A DNA stretch of 64,000 nt, from contig CAVSGI010000010.1 in the NCBI GenBank assembly GCA_963727445.1, positions 1,472,001-1,536,000 of the forward strand, given 5' to 3'. This stretch comes from an uncultured delta proteobacterium (GTDB taxonomy: Bacteria > Myxococcota_A > Polyangia > Polyangiales > B10-G4). A program made the translations under genes and the position numbers. Within the stretch, counting starts at the first letter, position 1. Each line of letters begins with the position of its first letter. This document shows positions 1 to 9,283 of the stretch, piece after piece. The notes below the pieces were generated by a model. It did not search any database and was not told the origin of the DNA. It saw only the letters and a list, made by a program, of their open reading frames with translations.

Positions 1-1
1 C

Positions 2-598
2 GCCAACGGCTTCGTCGAAGCGAGCGCGTGGATCTTCAGCTTCTTCGTGCCCCAGGACGTGCCCGCGCTCATCGACCTCTACGGCGGCTCCGATCCATTC
101 CTGTCGCGCCTCGACGCGTTTTACGACGGCGGCCACTTCGACGCCGGCAACGAGCCCAGCTTCCACATCGCCTGGCTCTACAACCGCGCCGGCGCCCCCG
201 CACGCACCCAGGCACGCGTCGCCCAGATCGTTCGGGACGAGTTCGACCTCAGCCCCGGCGGCCTGCCCGGCAACGACGACTCGGGCGCCATGTCCGCGCT
301 CATCGTCCTGTCGATGCTCGGCGTCTACCCCATCGCCCCCGGCGTCCCCGAGTACGACCTGTCGACCCCGCTCCTCGACCGCGTGGTGATCCACCTGAAC
401 CCCGCGCACTACGATGGCGGGACCTTCACCATCGAGGTCACCCGGAGCGACCCCTCCGACATCTACATCCAATCCGCCGAGCTCGACGGCGTGCCCCTCG
501 ACACGCCCCTTCTGACCCACGATCAGATCGCCGCGGGCGGCACTCTTCACTACGTCGTCGGCCCGACGCCCTCGAGCTGGGGCGAGCCGACTCCCTGA
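2..598 (+). CDS. GH92 family alpha-mannosidase, C-terminal part (5' truncated by window edge)
   Basis: Open frame from base 2: FVEASAWIFSFFVPQD...GNEPSFHIAWLY...GLPGNDDSGAMSA..LGVYP, characteristic GH92 motifs. Confidence 0.9.
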   Translation, partial: ANGFVEASAWIFSFFVPQDVPALIDLYGGSDPFLSRLDAFYDGGHFDAGNEPSFHIAWLYNRAGAPARTQARVAQIVRDEFDLSPGGLPGNDDSGAMSALIVLSMLGVYPIAPGVPEYDLSTPLLDRVVIHLNPAHYDGGTFTIEVTRSDPSDIYIQSAELDGVPLDTPLLTHDQIAAGGTLHYVVGPTPSSWGEPTP

Positions 599-610
599 TC
601 TCTCGCGGCC

Positions 611-829
611 TCAGGCCCCGAGGCGCACCAGCGTGATCCACGCCACGATGATCGCCACGCCCACGCCCGCCATCCACCATGGGCTCGGGACGAAGTAGGG
701 GAAGATCATCAGGATCCCACCCGCCGCCATGTGGGGCAGTCGCGACTGCCGCTTGCCGTACACGAAGGCGACGAACCCGATCGAGCTGAGGAGAAGCGAG
801 ATGAGGATCGAGGCGGGATCGAACGACAT
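611..829 (-). CDS. Small membrane protein (72 aa)
   Basis: MSFDPASILISLLLSSIGFVAFVYGKRQ...LMIFPYFV; hydrophobic; 3' end of shadow ORF 611..1669. Confidence 0.75.
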   Translation of the reverse strand: MSFDPASILISLLLSSIGFVAFVYGKRQSRLPHMAAGGILMIFPYFVPSPWWMAGVGVAIIVAWITLVRLGA

Positions 830-925
830 GGTTCTTCCAGTGTAATGCACGAGCGGCAATCGGCATTCCCACATGAGCACACCTGTCGAAAAAGCTTCGG
901 ATGAATGACATGATCGGCGCGCTCG

Positions 926-1741
926 ATGGCCGGCCCGACGCCAAGAGATCTGCTCTACGCGGCATGGGTGCGCGCACGCCCCACCGACTTCCGCGCGATG
1001 AGCCCGACGATGTCGGGCCTGCGCTACGGGCGGCGCCGGCCCGGTGCGATCGATCCCGTCGTCGACGTATACCTGCCCGCCGAAGGAGAGCGTCATCCGT
1101 CGGTGATCATCGTCCATGGCGGAGGCTTCATGTTCGGGAGCCGCGTGATGAAGCCGGTTCGCCTGCTCGCGACGCATCTCTGGCGAAGCGGCTTCGCGGT
1201 GTGCACCGTGGACTACCGCCTCCTCTTCCGCGGAGGCGGCCTCGACGCCCAGCTCGACGACGTCGACGCGGCTGCCGAGTTCTGGCGCGCGCGCTGTGAA
1301 GGGCTCGGATGCGATCCGGCGCGCATCTCGATGTTGGGGCTGTCGTCGGGGGCGAGCCTGATGATGCTCTCGGCCGAACGAGCCACGACGCCCTACCACC
1401 GGCTGGTGAGCCTGTACGGTGTCCTCGACTACAGCCGCGTTCGAGGCCGAACGGCGGAGCTGCTGATCGGGACGGTCCTCGGGACCCATGACCGTCAGAC
1501 GTGGGCGACGCGATCGCCGACCGGCCAGGTGCCCGGAGACCCGCCCCTGCTCCTGATCCACGGCACCGAGGACAAGCTCGTGCCACCGCACCACTCCATA
1601 GACCTGCATGAACGGCGCGCCGAGCTGGGCCTGCCGACCCGCCTCGAGCTCTTCGAGGGGATGCGTCACGGCTGGCTCAACGACGCGTCGCTCCCCGAAA
1701 CCGATCAGGCCGTCAATCTGGTTCTGGAGTTTCTGCGCTAG
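926..1741 (+). CDS. Alpha/beta hydrolase (esterase/lipase)
   Basis: HGGGF oxyanion motif, DYRL, GLSSG nucleophile elbow, HGTEDKLVP, HGW. Confidence 0.9.
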   Translation: MAGPTPRDLLYAAWVRARPTDFRAMSPTMSGLRYGRRRPGAIDPVVDVYLPAEGERHPSVIIVHGGGFMFGSRVMKPVRLLATHLWRSGFAVCTVDYRLLFRGGGLDAQLDDVDAAAEFWRARCEGLGCDPARISMLGLSSGASLMMLSAERATTPYHRLVSLYGVLDYSRVRGRTAELLIGTVLGTHDRQTWATRSPTGQVPGDPPLLLIHGTEDKLVPPHHSIDLHERRAELGLPTRLELFEGMRHGWLNDASLPETDQAVNLVLEFLR

Positions 1742-3572
1742 CGCCGGCGGCGATGTCCTTTCGCCCGGTGACGTAGCGGTTCAGATAGAGCTGGTTGAGG
1801 AGCGCGACCAGGCCCGCCCCGAGCATCGCCCACCCGGTCAGCATCGGGTCGACACATGCCACGACGAACCCGATGGCGAAGGCTGCGGGAGTCAGAAGGC
1901 CGATGGGATGGACGGTCCCGGCGATGCCCGACGCCGCCAGGCTCCAGAGCGCGAGCATGCCGACGAGCACCTGCCGAACCGAGAGCCCGATGGCGGCGCC
2001 GCCGAGACACCAGGCGATGGTCAGGGTCATCAGGAAGACGTTGATGGCGAAGACCGTGCGGTTGAGCCGGGTCTTGAGGAGCCGGCGCATCGAGGGGCCG
2101 ACACCCAGAAGCATCAGCACGAAGGCGACCGCGGTGAAACCGGCGAGCGGATACACGGTGTGCGGTGGATCGAACGCGGACCAGGTCCAGAACACCAGGA
2201 ACACCCCTACGACCAGCGCACCGCCGATGCCGCGCACCCGGTGACCGATCACCGTGTCCGAGTCCGCCGCGAGCTTGCGGAGGCGCGCTTCCTCGCCCTC
2301 CATCTGCCGGACGGTTGCTTCGACGCGCTCACGCAGCTCACCTTCGACCCCGTGCGCTTCCACGAGCGTCAGCGCGTGACGCGGCTCCCCCGACGCGAGC
2401 GCATGCTCGATGCGCATCACGGCGAGCTCGCTCTGACCACGGACGGCGCTCTGGCAATCCTTCCACTCGCTCAGGGCGGTGTTGTAGGCCATCTCCGCCG
2501 CCACCAGGTGACGCAGCGTCGCCGGCTCGTCGGATCGCGCCGACGCTTCTTGCGCGAGCTTTCGCTCCTCGTCACCACGCGCCGCCAGGCGGTTCGCCAC
2601 GCGGTGGGTCGAGAATTCGGCGAGCGCGCGGCGGAAGTCCGCCGCCGTGTCGTAGCGGTCGCCGATCTCGAGCTGCATCGCCTTGTCGACGATCTCGCGC
2701 AGCTCCTCGGCAACGCCGCCCGGCAGAGGGGGATACTCGTGAATGCGGTCGATCATGTCGGCCGTTCGCTGCATGCGCGACTTGCCCTTGTGCGGCTGTT
2801 TCCCCGAGAGCACGTGATAGAGCGTCGCGCCGAGCAAGTAGATGTCGGTCCACGGTCCGATGGTCGCTCCACCCTCGAACTGCTCCGGCGCCATGTACGC
2901 CGAGGTGCCGGCAATCTGGTCGTCCGGGAGCGCGCCGACTCCCGTGTCGGACTCTCGCGTCTCCTGAGCGATGCCCCAGTCGAGCAGATAGACTTCGCCG
3001 AACTTCCCGACCATCACGTTGGTGGGCTTGATGTCGCGGTGGATCACGCCGTGGCTGTGGGCGAACTCGACCGCACGACAGACGTGGCCGAGCACCGAGA
3101 GGTTCCACTCGAGAAGGTCCTCGGCGCCGTAGCCCTCGCGAACCTTCTTCGGGTCCCGCATGAGCTCGGCCCAGGTCTCACCCTCGATGAGCTTGAGCAC
3201 CACCTGCGGCGTTCCGTCTTCCTGGACGAAGATCTCGTGCACCGGCAGGATGTTGGGATGCTCGAGCCGGCTCATCAGCCGCGCCTCTCGGAGCAGATGG
3301 GTGACGTCCTCGGGGTGGTTCGGGGCGATGGTCTTCACAGCGACGGCTCGACCGAGGTTGCGCTGCCTGCCCAGGCGCACCGCCGCCATCCCCCCGCGCG
3401 CGATCTCCGGCCCGAGCTCCACACCGGGCTCGGTCAGGTCCCCTTCGCGCGGATGGTGCGGCCGCTCGAGCGAAGGATTCGTCCAATCCTCGCTGCGCTG
3501 AGCGACCGTCTCGGCGTCCGTCGATCGGACGTGAGCGACCGTCTCCTCGTCCTCGGGCCTCACGGGTCCCAT
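1713..3572 (-). CDS. Ser/Thr protein kinase with C-terminal multi-pass membrane domain
   Basis: ARGGMAAV, VAVK, HRDIKPTN, DWG, GTSAYMAPE; several hydrophobic helices at the C-terminus. Confidence 0.92.
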   Translation of the reverse strand: MGPVRPEDEETVAHVRSTDAETVAQRSEDWTNPSLERPHHPREGDLTEPGVELGPEIARGGMAAVRLGRQRNLGRAVAVKTIAPNHPEDVTHLLREARLMSRLEHPNILPVHEIFVQEDGTPQVVLKLIEGETWAELMRDPKKVREGYGAEDLLEWNLSVLGHVCRAVEFAHSHGVIHRDIKPTNVMVGKFGEVYLLDWGIAQETRESDTGVGALPDDQIAGTSAYMAPEQFEGGATIGPWTDIYLLGATLYHVLSGKQPHKGKSRMQRTADMIDRIHEYPPLPGGVAEELREIVDKAMQLEIGDRYDTAADFRRALAEFSTHRVANRLAARGDEERKLAQEASARSDEPATLRHLVAAEMAYNTALSEWKDCQSAVRGQSELAVMRIEHALASGEPRHALTLVEAHGVEGELRERVEATVRQMEGEEARLRKLAADSDTVIGHRVRGIGGALVVGVFLVFWTWSAFDPPHTVYPLAGFTAVAFVLMLLGVGPSMRRLLKTRLNRTVFAINVFLMTLTIAWCLGGAAIGLSVRQVLVGMLALWSLAASGIAGTVHPIGLLTPAAFAIGFVVACVDPMLTGWAMLGAGLVALLNQLYLNRYVTGRKDIAAGASAETPEPD

Positions 3573-3623
3573 TCTATCGCGGAATGGTCGGCACCGTCGT
3601 GGCAGCCGTCGCCATGGCTTCGC

Positions 3624-5600
3624 TCAATGGGCGAGGAGCGCCTCGGCGGCGTCCAGCAGGGCATCGGCGCCGGACCCCGCGTGGGCGTAGGCGCCGCGAT
3701 CGAAGCGCACCAGGGCTGCGTTCCAGCGGGCGCGCGCGAGAGGCGTGTCCGGTTCGCCGCTTCTCGCCTCACCCCGTGAGTCTCCGCCGCCTGTCCGCTC
3801 GAAGACTTCGATGGCGCGGGCGCGAAGCGCGGCCCGTTCAGCGCGAAAGTCTCGGCCCTCGTGGCAGCTTTCGCAAACGACCGGCGACACCGCGAAGGTG
3901 TGCCCGCCGCCTCGCTCGACGTCCGCTTCTGAGCTGCCGTGACAAGCGAGACAGCCCCCCGAAATCTCCGCGTGAGGTGCGGGCGCTCCGAGCGGGTCAC
4001 CGGAGGCATCGAAGCCTCCGCGCCCCACGACCAGCGCGGTGGCGCTCGCCGTCGGAAGATCGAAGCCCTCCATCGGCGCATGGCAGGTGGTGCAGATCCG
4101 CGCCGGATGCTCGCTCAGGCTCGACGACACGCCGGAGAGGAGAGCAGGGAGCGGTCGGCGGCGCAGGAGCGCAGGACCCGAACCGGCGGCGTGCGGCGCG
4201 TGACAGGTCGCGCAGCCCAGCCCCTCGACCGTGACCTCCCGCGGCGTGCCGTCCTCTGCTCGAACGCCGTGAAGGAAGCCATCGGTCGTATGACAACTCA
4301 GGCACCGCGGGTCGGCGTCGAGCCCGTCGGTGCGCGCGGCTCGGGACATGCGGTTGCCGAGAAAGGCGACGACGTGACCGTAGCGCGGGGGCGCGTCGTG
4401 ACAGGTGGCGCAGACGTCGGTGCGCAGGATGCGCGTGCGCGCGCTCGGCTCCGGGATGGCACCCGGACCATGGCAAGCGGTGCAGCCGACGCCGCTCAGG
4501 CGACGGATCTCCCGCGGAAGTGCGTCGTATGCACCGGCATGGCCACGACCCGGAGCCGCCTCGCCCAGCGCGTCGGCGATGGCGACGAAGCCCCCATCGT
4601 CGGTGCCGGGCTCGCCGAGGGTGTGGCAGCCCATCGCGCAGCCCGGCGTGTAGCTCTCGTCCTCGACGAGGCGTGAGAAGACCGTGGTCATGGGGCTCGC
4701 TGACGCATGCTCGGTCGCCGCGGCGTGACACTCGCTGCGTCCGCAGTCGAGGGGGGTCGAGGCGTGGGAGCCTGCGAAGAGGGAGAGCGCGAGCTCGCCG
4801 CTTTCGTTCACGAAGCTGTAGCGACCAGTCCCGCGCGCGACGAAGCGGCGGATCCCCTCCGCCACCTCTTCGAAGATGGGCGGCTCCGCGTTCGGAGGTC
4901 CCTGAACCGAAGCGAGGTCGCTCCCGCGCACATAGAACGCCACGTGGATCGGCACCGAGGGCATCCCGGTCGCGCGCGCCGCGGCGTGAAGCGTCACCTC
5001 GTCCTGTCGGGTCGCGCCATCGGCGAGCGTGATCGCGAGCTTCAGGGTCCAGGTCCCGCGCGTCCGCGGCGAGATCGCGATCACCCCGTCGCCGCGCGGA
5101 AGCATCCCCAGCGCGGAGGCGAGGGGCGGCATCCGTCCGCGGACGGTCGCACCGTCGGCGTTCAGCTCCGGGAGCTCGGGTCCCTCGCTCCGCCATTCGT
5201 AGCGCGCGCCCTCCATCGTTTCGCATTCGCTCTCCACGCGCAGCTCGAAGCTCTCGCCGAAGCCGATCTGGTCGCGCTCGCCCACGATCTCGTAGAGCGG
5301 CTGGAGCGCGAGGATCGGATCCACCGCAGCCGCGCTCCTCTCCATCACAGCCGGGCAGGTGCGATCCGTTTGCACGCGCACCTCGCCCACCGGTCGAATG
5401 GAGAGCGCCCAGCGCCCTGGGCCGCGCGGCTCGGCCGAGACCAGCGCCTCGCTCGGGATCGTCACCGGAGGCTCTGCATCGGCAGCGCCGCGAAACGCCG
5501 GCACGATCACGTCGACCAGCACCGGAGCGGGCAGCGACTCGTCCGCGCACGCCGCTCCGACGACGAGCCCCAGGAGCAGAAGCGCGCGCCGCCCCCTCAC
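3624..5600 (-). CDS. Multiheme c-type cytochrome lipoprotein
   Basis: GTG start overlapping the upstream stop; lipobox VVGAAC; seven CxxCH plus CX3CH (CAMGCH) and CX4CH (CGRSECH). Confidence 0.85.
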   Translation of the reverse strand: MRGRRALLLLGLVVGAACADESLPAPVLVDVIVPAFRGAADAEPPVTIPSEALVSAEPRGPGRWALSIRPVGEVRVQTDRTCPAVMERSAAAVDPILALQPLYEIVGERDQIGFGESFELRVESECETMEGARYEWRSEGPELPELNADGATVRGRMPPLASALGMLPRGDGVIAISPRTRGTWTLKLAITLADGATRQDEVTLHAAARATGMPSVPIHVAFYVRGSDLASVQGPPNAEPPIFEEVAEGIRRFVARGTGRYSFVNESGELALSLFAGSHASTPLDCGRSECHAAATEHASASPMTTVFSRLVEDESYTPGCAMGCHTLGEPGTDDGGFVAIADALGEAAPGRGHAGAYDALPREIRRLSGVGCTACHGPGAIPEPSARTRILRTDVCATCHDAPPRYGHVVAFLGNRMSRAARTDGLDADPRCLSCHTTDGFLHGVRAEDGTPREVTVEGLGCATCHAPHAAGSGPALLRRRPLPALLSGVSSSLSEHPARICTTCHAPMEGFDLPTASATALVVGRGGFDASGDPLGAPAPHAEISGGCLACHGSSEADVERGGGHTFAVSPVVCESCHEGRDFRAERAALRARAIEVFERTGGGDSRGEARSGEPDTPLARARWNAALVRFDRGAYAHAGSGADALLDAAEALLAH

Positions 5601-6463
5601 CCGCCCTCCACGCAGCTCGAGAGCACGCACCGCCGCCCTTCGGAGCAATCCGGGGTGGTCCAGCACTCCCCGCGCGGCAGACGCTCGGGAACACACACGC
5701 CGCCCGCGCGCACGAGCCCGTCGTCGCAGGGCCCGGCGCCACCGACCGCGCCATCCGCCCCCTCCGATGGCCGGCAGACCCGATGGATCATCGGCCGATG
5801 CTCGAAGTGGCACTCGCTCGCGGGCAGGTCGGCGGGCCGCTGCGGCGAGAGGTCGACGAAGATCTGGAGCGTCTCGCCCGGCTCCTGGCTCGGCGCCTCC
5901 CCCGACAGCCATCCGATCGCGTCGGGCCCGGGCACCACACCGGCCGGCGCGCTCCGCGTGCGACAGAGCACGACCCCGCTCACCTCGGAGCATTCGGTCG
6001 GCCCATCGCTGGGGAGCGCCGGAAAGCGTTGGACGCACGTGTCCGTGTCGCAGGAGAACGGCCGCACCAGCGTCGCCACGCACCGCCGCTCGCTCCCGGT
6101 GCCAGCGCAGCGCCAGCGGGCGTCCTCGGGGAGCAGAAGCGCAGGGACCGGGCGTTCCACCGGGATCACCGCCTCGTCGCGATAGCAGACGCGATGACCC
6201 GCGCCGATGTCCACGCACGTCGCGTCCGCGACGTCGCTGGCCGCGGGCGCCGGGACGGGCACGCCGAAGGCCACGACCTCGGCGTGCTCGACCGGCGACG
6301 CCGGCCCGTCACACCCGACCACGCCGAGTGTGAAGAGCCCTGCGATCAGCGCGGCGAGCAGACGGTTTCGACCGCCGCCGCGCAGTCCCCCACGCTCGCG
6401 TCGACGTCGAGGCTCGGGTCGTGTCCGAAGTTCTGGCAACAGAAGCCGTGAGCCACGCAGCAA
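5597..6463 (-). CDS. Cys-rich hypothetical lipoprotein (true start probably nearer 6350-6390)
   Basis: LLAALIAGLFTLGVVGC lipobox, many Cys, coupled to the cytochrome gene by a GTGA overlap. Confidence 0.65.
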   Translation of the reverse strand: MLRGSRLLLPELRTRPEPRRRRERGGLRGGGRNRLLAALIAGLFTLGVVGCDGPASPVEHAEVVAFGVPVPAPAASDVADATCVDIGAGHRVCYRDEAVIPVERPVPALLLPEDARWRCAGTGSERRCVATLVRPFSCDTDTCVQRFPALPSDGPTECSEVSGVVLCRTRSAPAGVVPGPDAIGWLSGEAPSQEPGETLQIFVDLSPQRPADLPASECHFEHRPMIHRVCRPSEGADGAVGGAGPCDDGLVRAGGVCVPERLPRGECWTTPDCSEGRRCVLSSCVEGG

Positions 6464-7254
6464 TCCGAGTCGTAATAGACGGGCACGTCAATCGGCACCG
6501 GGATGGGGATGCCCGGGTCGTCGCAGCCGTCCGGGATCGTCGTGGTCTCGGTGCAGGCGCCCCAGCTTCCGTCGGGCGCGCATTCCTGCCGTCCCCAGTA
6601 GCAATAGACCGGGTCGTCGCAGTAGCGCCACGCGCCGGGGACGCATCGCTCTTCGCAGACGCAATCTGCGCCCGGCGGGCAGGTGTCGTCGCCGCCGCCG
6701 TCGTCGGTCGTGCCTGGACAATCGCAGCCCGCGTCCGTGTCCATGCAGTCGACGTAGCCGTCGCAGTCGTCGTCGATGCCGTTGCCGCAAACCTCGAACT
6801 CGCCGCAGGAGTCGCCGCACCCGGGCATGGTGCCATCACAGTCCTCGTCAGCGCAGTTGTCGGGGATCTCGACGACCGGCTCCACGTAGCCGTAGCAGGG
6901 GCCCCACGTCGAGAACTCGGCCGAGCTGGCCTCGCAGGTCTGCGATCCGTCGCCGCAGAGGCCCATGTTGCGCTTGGCGGGATCGAGGGGCCAACAGCTC
7001 TGGGTCTCGCCCGCCACGCAAGGACAACCGTCATCCACGCGACCGTTGCGGTCATCGTCGAGACCGTTGCCGCAGGTCTCGCTCGCGGCCGCCGGAGGTC
7101 CACCCGCGTCGCCTCCGGTCGCGCCTCGTCCGGAGCCCATGGTGGAGTCGGGCGCACCCGACGCGTTACAGCCGATGAGGACTGACGACATCAGGAGGAG
7201 CGCTCCCCATCCGGCGCGAAAGGACTTAATCGGGGCTTTTTCGGTGATCTGCAT
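6346..7254 (-). CDS. Cys/Asp-rich lipoprotein with putative metal-binding (MopE-like) repeats
   Basis: VLIGC lipobox; ETCGNGLDDDRNGRVDDGC, EIPDNCADEDCDG, EVCGNGIDDDCDG repeats. Confidence 0.8.
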   Translation of the reverse strand: MQITEKAPIKSFRAGWGALLLMSSVLIGCNASGAPDSTMGSGRGATGGDAGGPPAAASETCGNGLDDDRNGRVDDGCPCVAGETQSCWPLDPAKRNMGLCGDGSQTCEASSAEFSTWGPCYGYVEPVVEIPDNCADEDCDGTMPGCGDSCGEFEVCGNGIDDDCDGYVDCMDTDAGCDCPGTTDDGGGDDTCPPGADCVCEERCVPGAWRYCDDPVYCYWGRQECAPDGSWGACTETTTIPDGCDDPGIPIPVPIDVPVYYDSDCCVAHGFCCQNFGHDPSLDVDASVGDCAAAVETVCSPR

Positions 7255-7303
7255 ATCCCTCTCTCGTGTTCGAGAGCGGAATACGCACGGATCGAGCCAA
7301 CTC

Positions 7304-7888
7304 TCAGGCGCCGCCGTCGGTCGCGTTCAGGACGAAGTTCCCGGAGTTCGAGCTGTAGCCGTCGACGAAGATGTAATAGCTCTCGCCCGCGGTCGCCGTG
7401 ATGGTGACGCTCGACTGGGTGCTGCTCGAGTCGTCGTTGCAATCGACCTCGGTGCCGCTGCAGGTCCCGCTCCGCACGTAGAGCACGGTGTCGAAGTCGG
7501 AGCCGATGGTGTCGAGGGTCCATGTGCCCGTGGTCGGCGCCGACCAGACGATGATCGCTTCGGGCGCGCCATCGCCGCCACAGCTCCCGCCCTGGTTGTT
7601 CTCCAGGCCGAGCGTGCTGCCCCCAGCGATCGCGCCCGCGCCGGCGGCCATGGTGAAGATCGGGCACGCGCCGGGAAGGCCGGAGTCCACCGCATCGACG
7701 CCCGTGTCGAAGGTCACGCTGGTGTCCGGAGCGGTGCTGTCCACGCTGCCGTCCCCCGGCACCGACGAGTCGACTCTGACGGAACCATCGATGCGGCCAC
7801 GCGTGCGGCCTCGATTGTTACAGCCGGCGATCAGCATCGACGCGAGTAGAAGGCAGACGGAGAGAACGACGGGGTAGAGCTTCTTCAC
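7304..7888 (-). CDS. Lipoprotein with PPC-like beta-sandwich domain
   Basis: LIAGC lipobox; GSDFDTVLYVR...CNDD...YYIFVDGY. Confidence 0.8.
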   Translation of the reverse strand: MKKLYPVVLSVCLLLASMLIAGCNNRGRTRGRIDGSVRVDSSVPGDGSVDSTAPDTSVTFDTGVDAVDSGLPGACPIFTMAAGAGAIAGGSTLGLENNQGGSCGGDGAPEAIIVWSAPTTGTWTLDTIGSDFDTVLYVRSGTCSGTEVDCNDDSSSTQSSVTITATAGESYYIFVDGYSSNSGNFVLNATDGGA

Positions 7889-7969
7889 CGGCGCCCATGG
7901 TATCGCGCCCGCCTGGAGGGCCTCAAGCGCTCGCGTTCCTGGTGCCCATCCGGTGGTCTCGAGGCGCTG

Positions 7970-9283
7970 TCAGGCTTCGAGCGCGCCGATGGACGCGGAG
8001 GTCTGCCCCGGACCCGCGCCGAAGCTCGCCGCGGGGACCCCCGCGCCGCGCAGCGCCGTGAGCACGCCTTTGCTCGTGTTCTCGCTGGAGGTCGAGCGGT
8101 AGTGAACGCCCCCACGAAGGCGCCCGTTGCCCTTGCCCGCGATCATGATTGGGAAGTCGGTGTTCTGGTGGGTCTTTCCGTCGGCGAGCTCGGAGGTGCA
8201 GAGGATCGCCATGTGGTCGAGGAGGTTTCCGTCCCCTTCCGGTGTGTCCCGGAGCCGGGTGAGCAGATAGGCGAGCTGCTCCATGGTGTAGGTGGTCGCG
8301 GCGTGGACGATGGGCTGGGCGCCGGCTTCGTCGTGGCAGGTCTGGTGAAGGCTGTTGGTCGCGCCCGCCGGCCAGACGATGACGCCGGAGCCGGAGGGGC
8401 TGAAGAGCACGGAGAAGGCGCGGGTCATGTCGCACGCGAGCGCGAGCGTCAGCAGATCGCTCATCGCGGCGTTCTGCTCGGCGATCTGCTCGTGGCCGCC
8501 GACGTCGGGGAAGTCTCCCGGCGCGTCGGGCGCGGTGCACGCACCCACGCCGGCGGCGAGGCGCGCCTCGAGGGCCCGCACCGAGTCGAAGTGCTGCTCG
8601 AGACGTACGCGATCACGCGCGCCCACACGCGCATTCAGGCGGCGTATCTGTCCGCCCACCGCGTCGAGGACGCTCTGCCGCGCGAGGTCGACGTCGGCGT
8701 CGAGGGGGCGGCCGAAGAGGCGCTCGTAGAGACGCTGGGGCGAGTACTCGGAGGGGTTGGGGTTGTTGGGGCCGTTGTGGCTGAGGTGTTGGAAGGCGGT
8801 GCCCTCGTCGGTGCCGCGAAAGCGCGTGATGCCGATCTCGAGGGAGCGGAAGGGCGCGTCGCCCTCGAAGTGGCGCGCCGCGATCATGTCCACCGTCTCG
8901 CTGGGGCAGGTGGAGATGATGGTGTCGCGGGTGGTGCCCACCTGATAGTAGTGGGCGCCGGTGAGGATGCCGCTGAAACCCGAGTGATGCGGGTGGGTCG
9001 CCGTCTTGATGGCGCAGCCGCTGACGATGCTCACCCAGTCGCGAACACCCGCGAGCGGCACCAGCTCGGGCGACGGCGTGTAACCCGCGCCACGGGTCGC
9101 CGGCACCCAGCGGTCGGGCTTGACGCCGTTACCCCAGAACCAGAGCCCGAAGCGATCGGGCATGGCCGAGCCGTCGGCGAAGGCGGTGCCGTGATCGTTC
9201 AGCGTCAGGTCGAGCACCGGCAGCGCGACGCTCACCGCCGCGCCCCCGAGGATGCCGCGCAAGAAGCCTCGTCGCGTGATCAT
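7970..9283 (-). CDS. DUF1552 domain protein (Tat-exported)
   Basis: TRRGFLRG twin-arginine signal, LPVLD, FWGNGV, LALACDMTR; ATGA-coupled to the DUF1592 gene. Confidence 0.88.
   Translation of the reverse strand: MITRRGFLRGILGGAAVSVALPVLDLTLNDHGTAFADGSAMPDRFGLWFWGNGVKPDRWVPATRGAGYTPSPELVPLAGVRDWVSIVSGCAIKTATHPHHSGFSGILTGAHYYQVGTTRDTIISTCPSETVDMIAARHFEGDAPFRSLEIGITRFRGTDEGTAFQHLSHNGPNNPNPSEYSPQRLYERLFGRPLDADVDLARQSVLDAVGGQIRRLNARVGARDRVRLEQHFDSVRALEARLAAGVGACTAPDAPGDFPDVGGHEQIAEQNAAMSDLLTLALACDMTRAFSVLFSPSGSGVIVWPAGATNSLHQTCHDEAGAQPIVHAATTYTMEQLAYLLTRLRDTPEGDGNLLDHMAILCTSELADGKTHQNTDFPIMIAGKGNGRLRGGVHYRSTSSENTSKGVLTALRGAGVPAASFGAGPGQTSASIGALEA

Noticed and set aside
1608..3779. Long antisense or off-frame ORFs (e.g. 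1608..3779, 9430..11154, 30282..32405, 44613..46352, 60194..61903)
   Set aside because: Shadow ORFs expected at high GC, lying opposite genes with clear family motifs.
5601..6218. N-terminal extension of the 864-aa cytochrome ORF
   Set aside because: Arg-rich off-frame read of the upstream lipoprotein gene; the signal peptide begins at GTG 5600.
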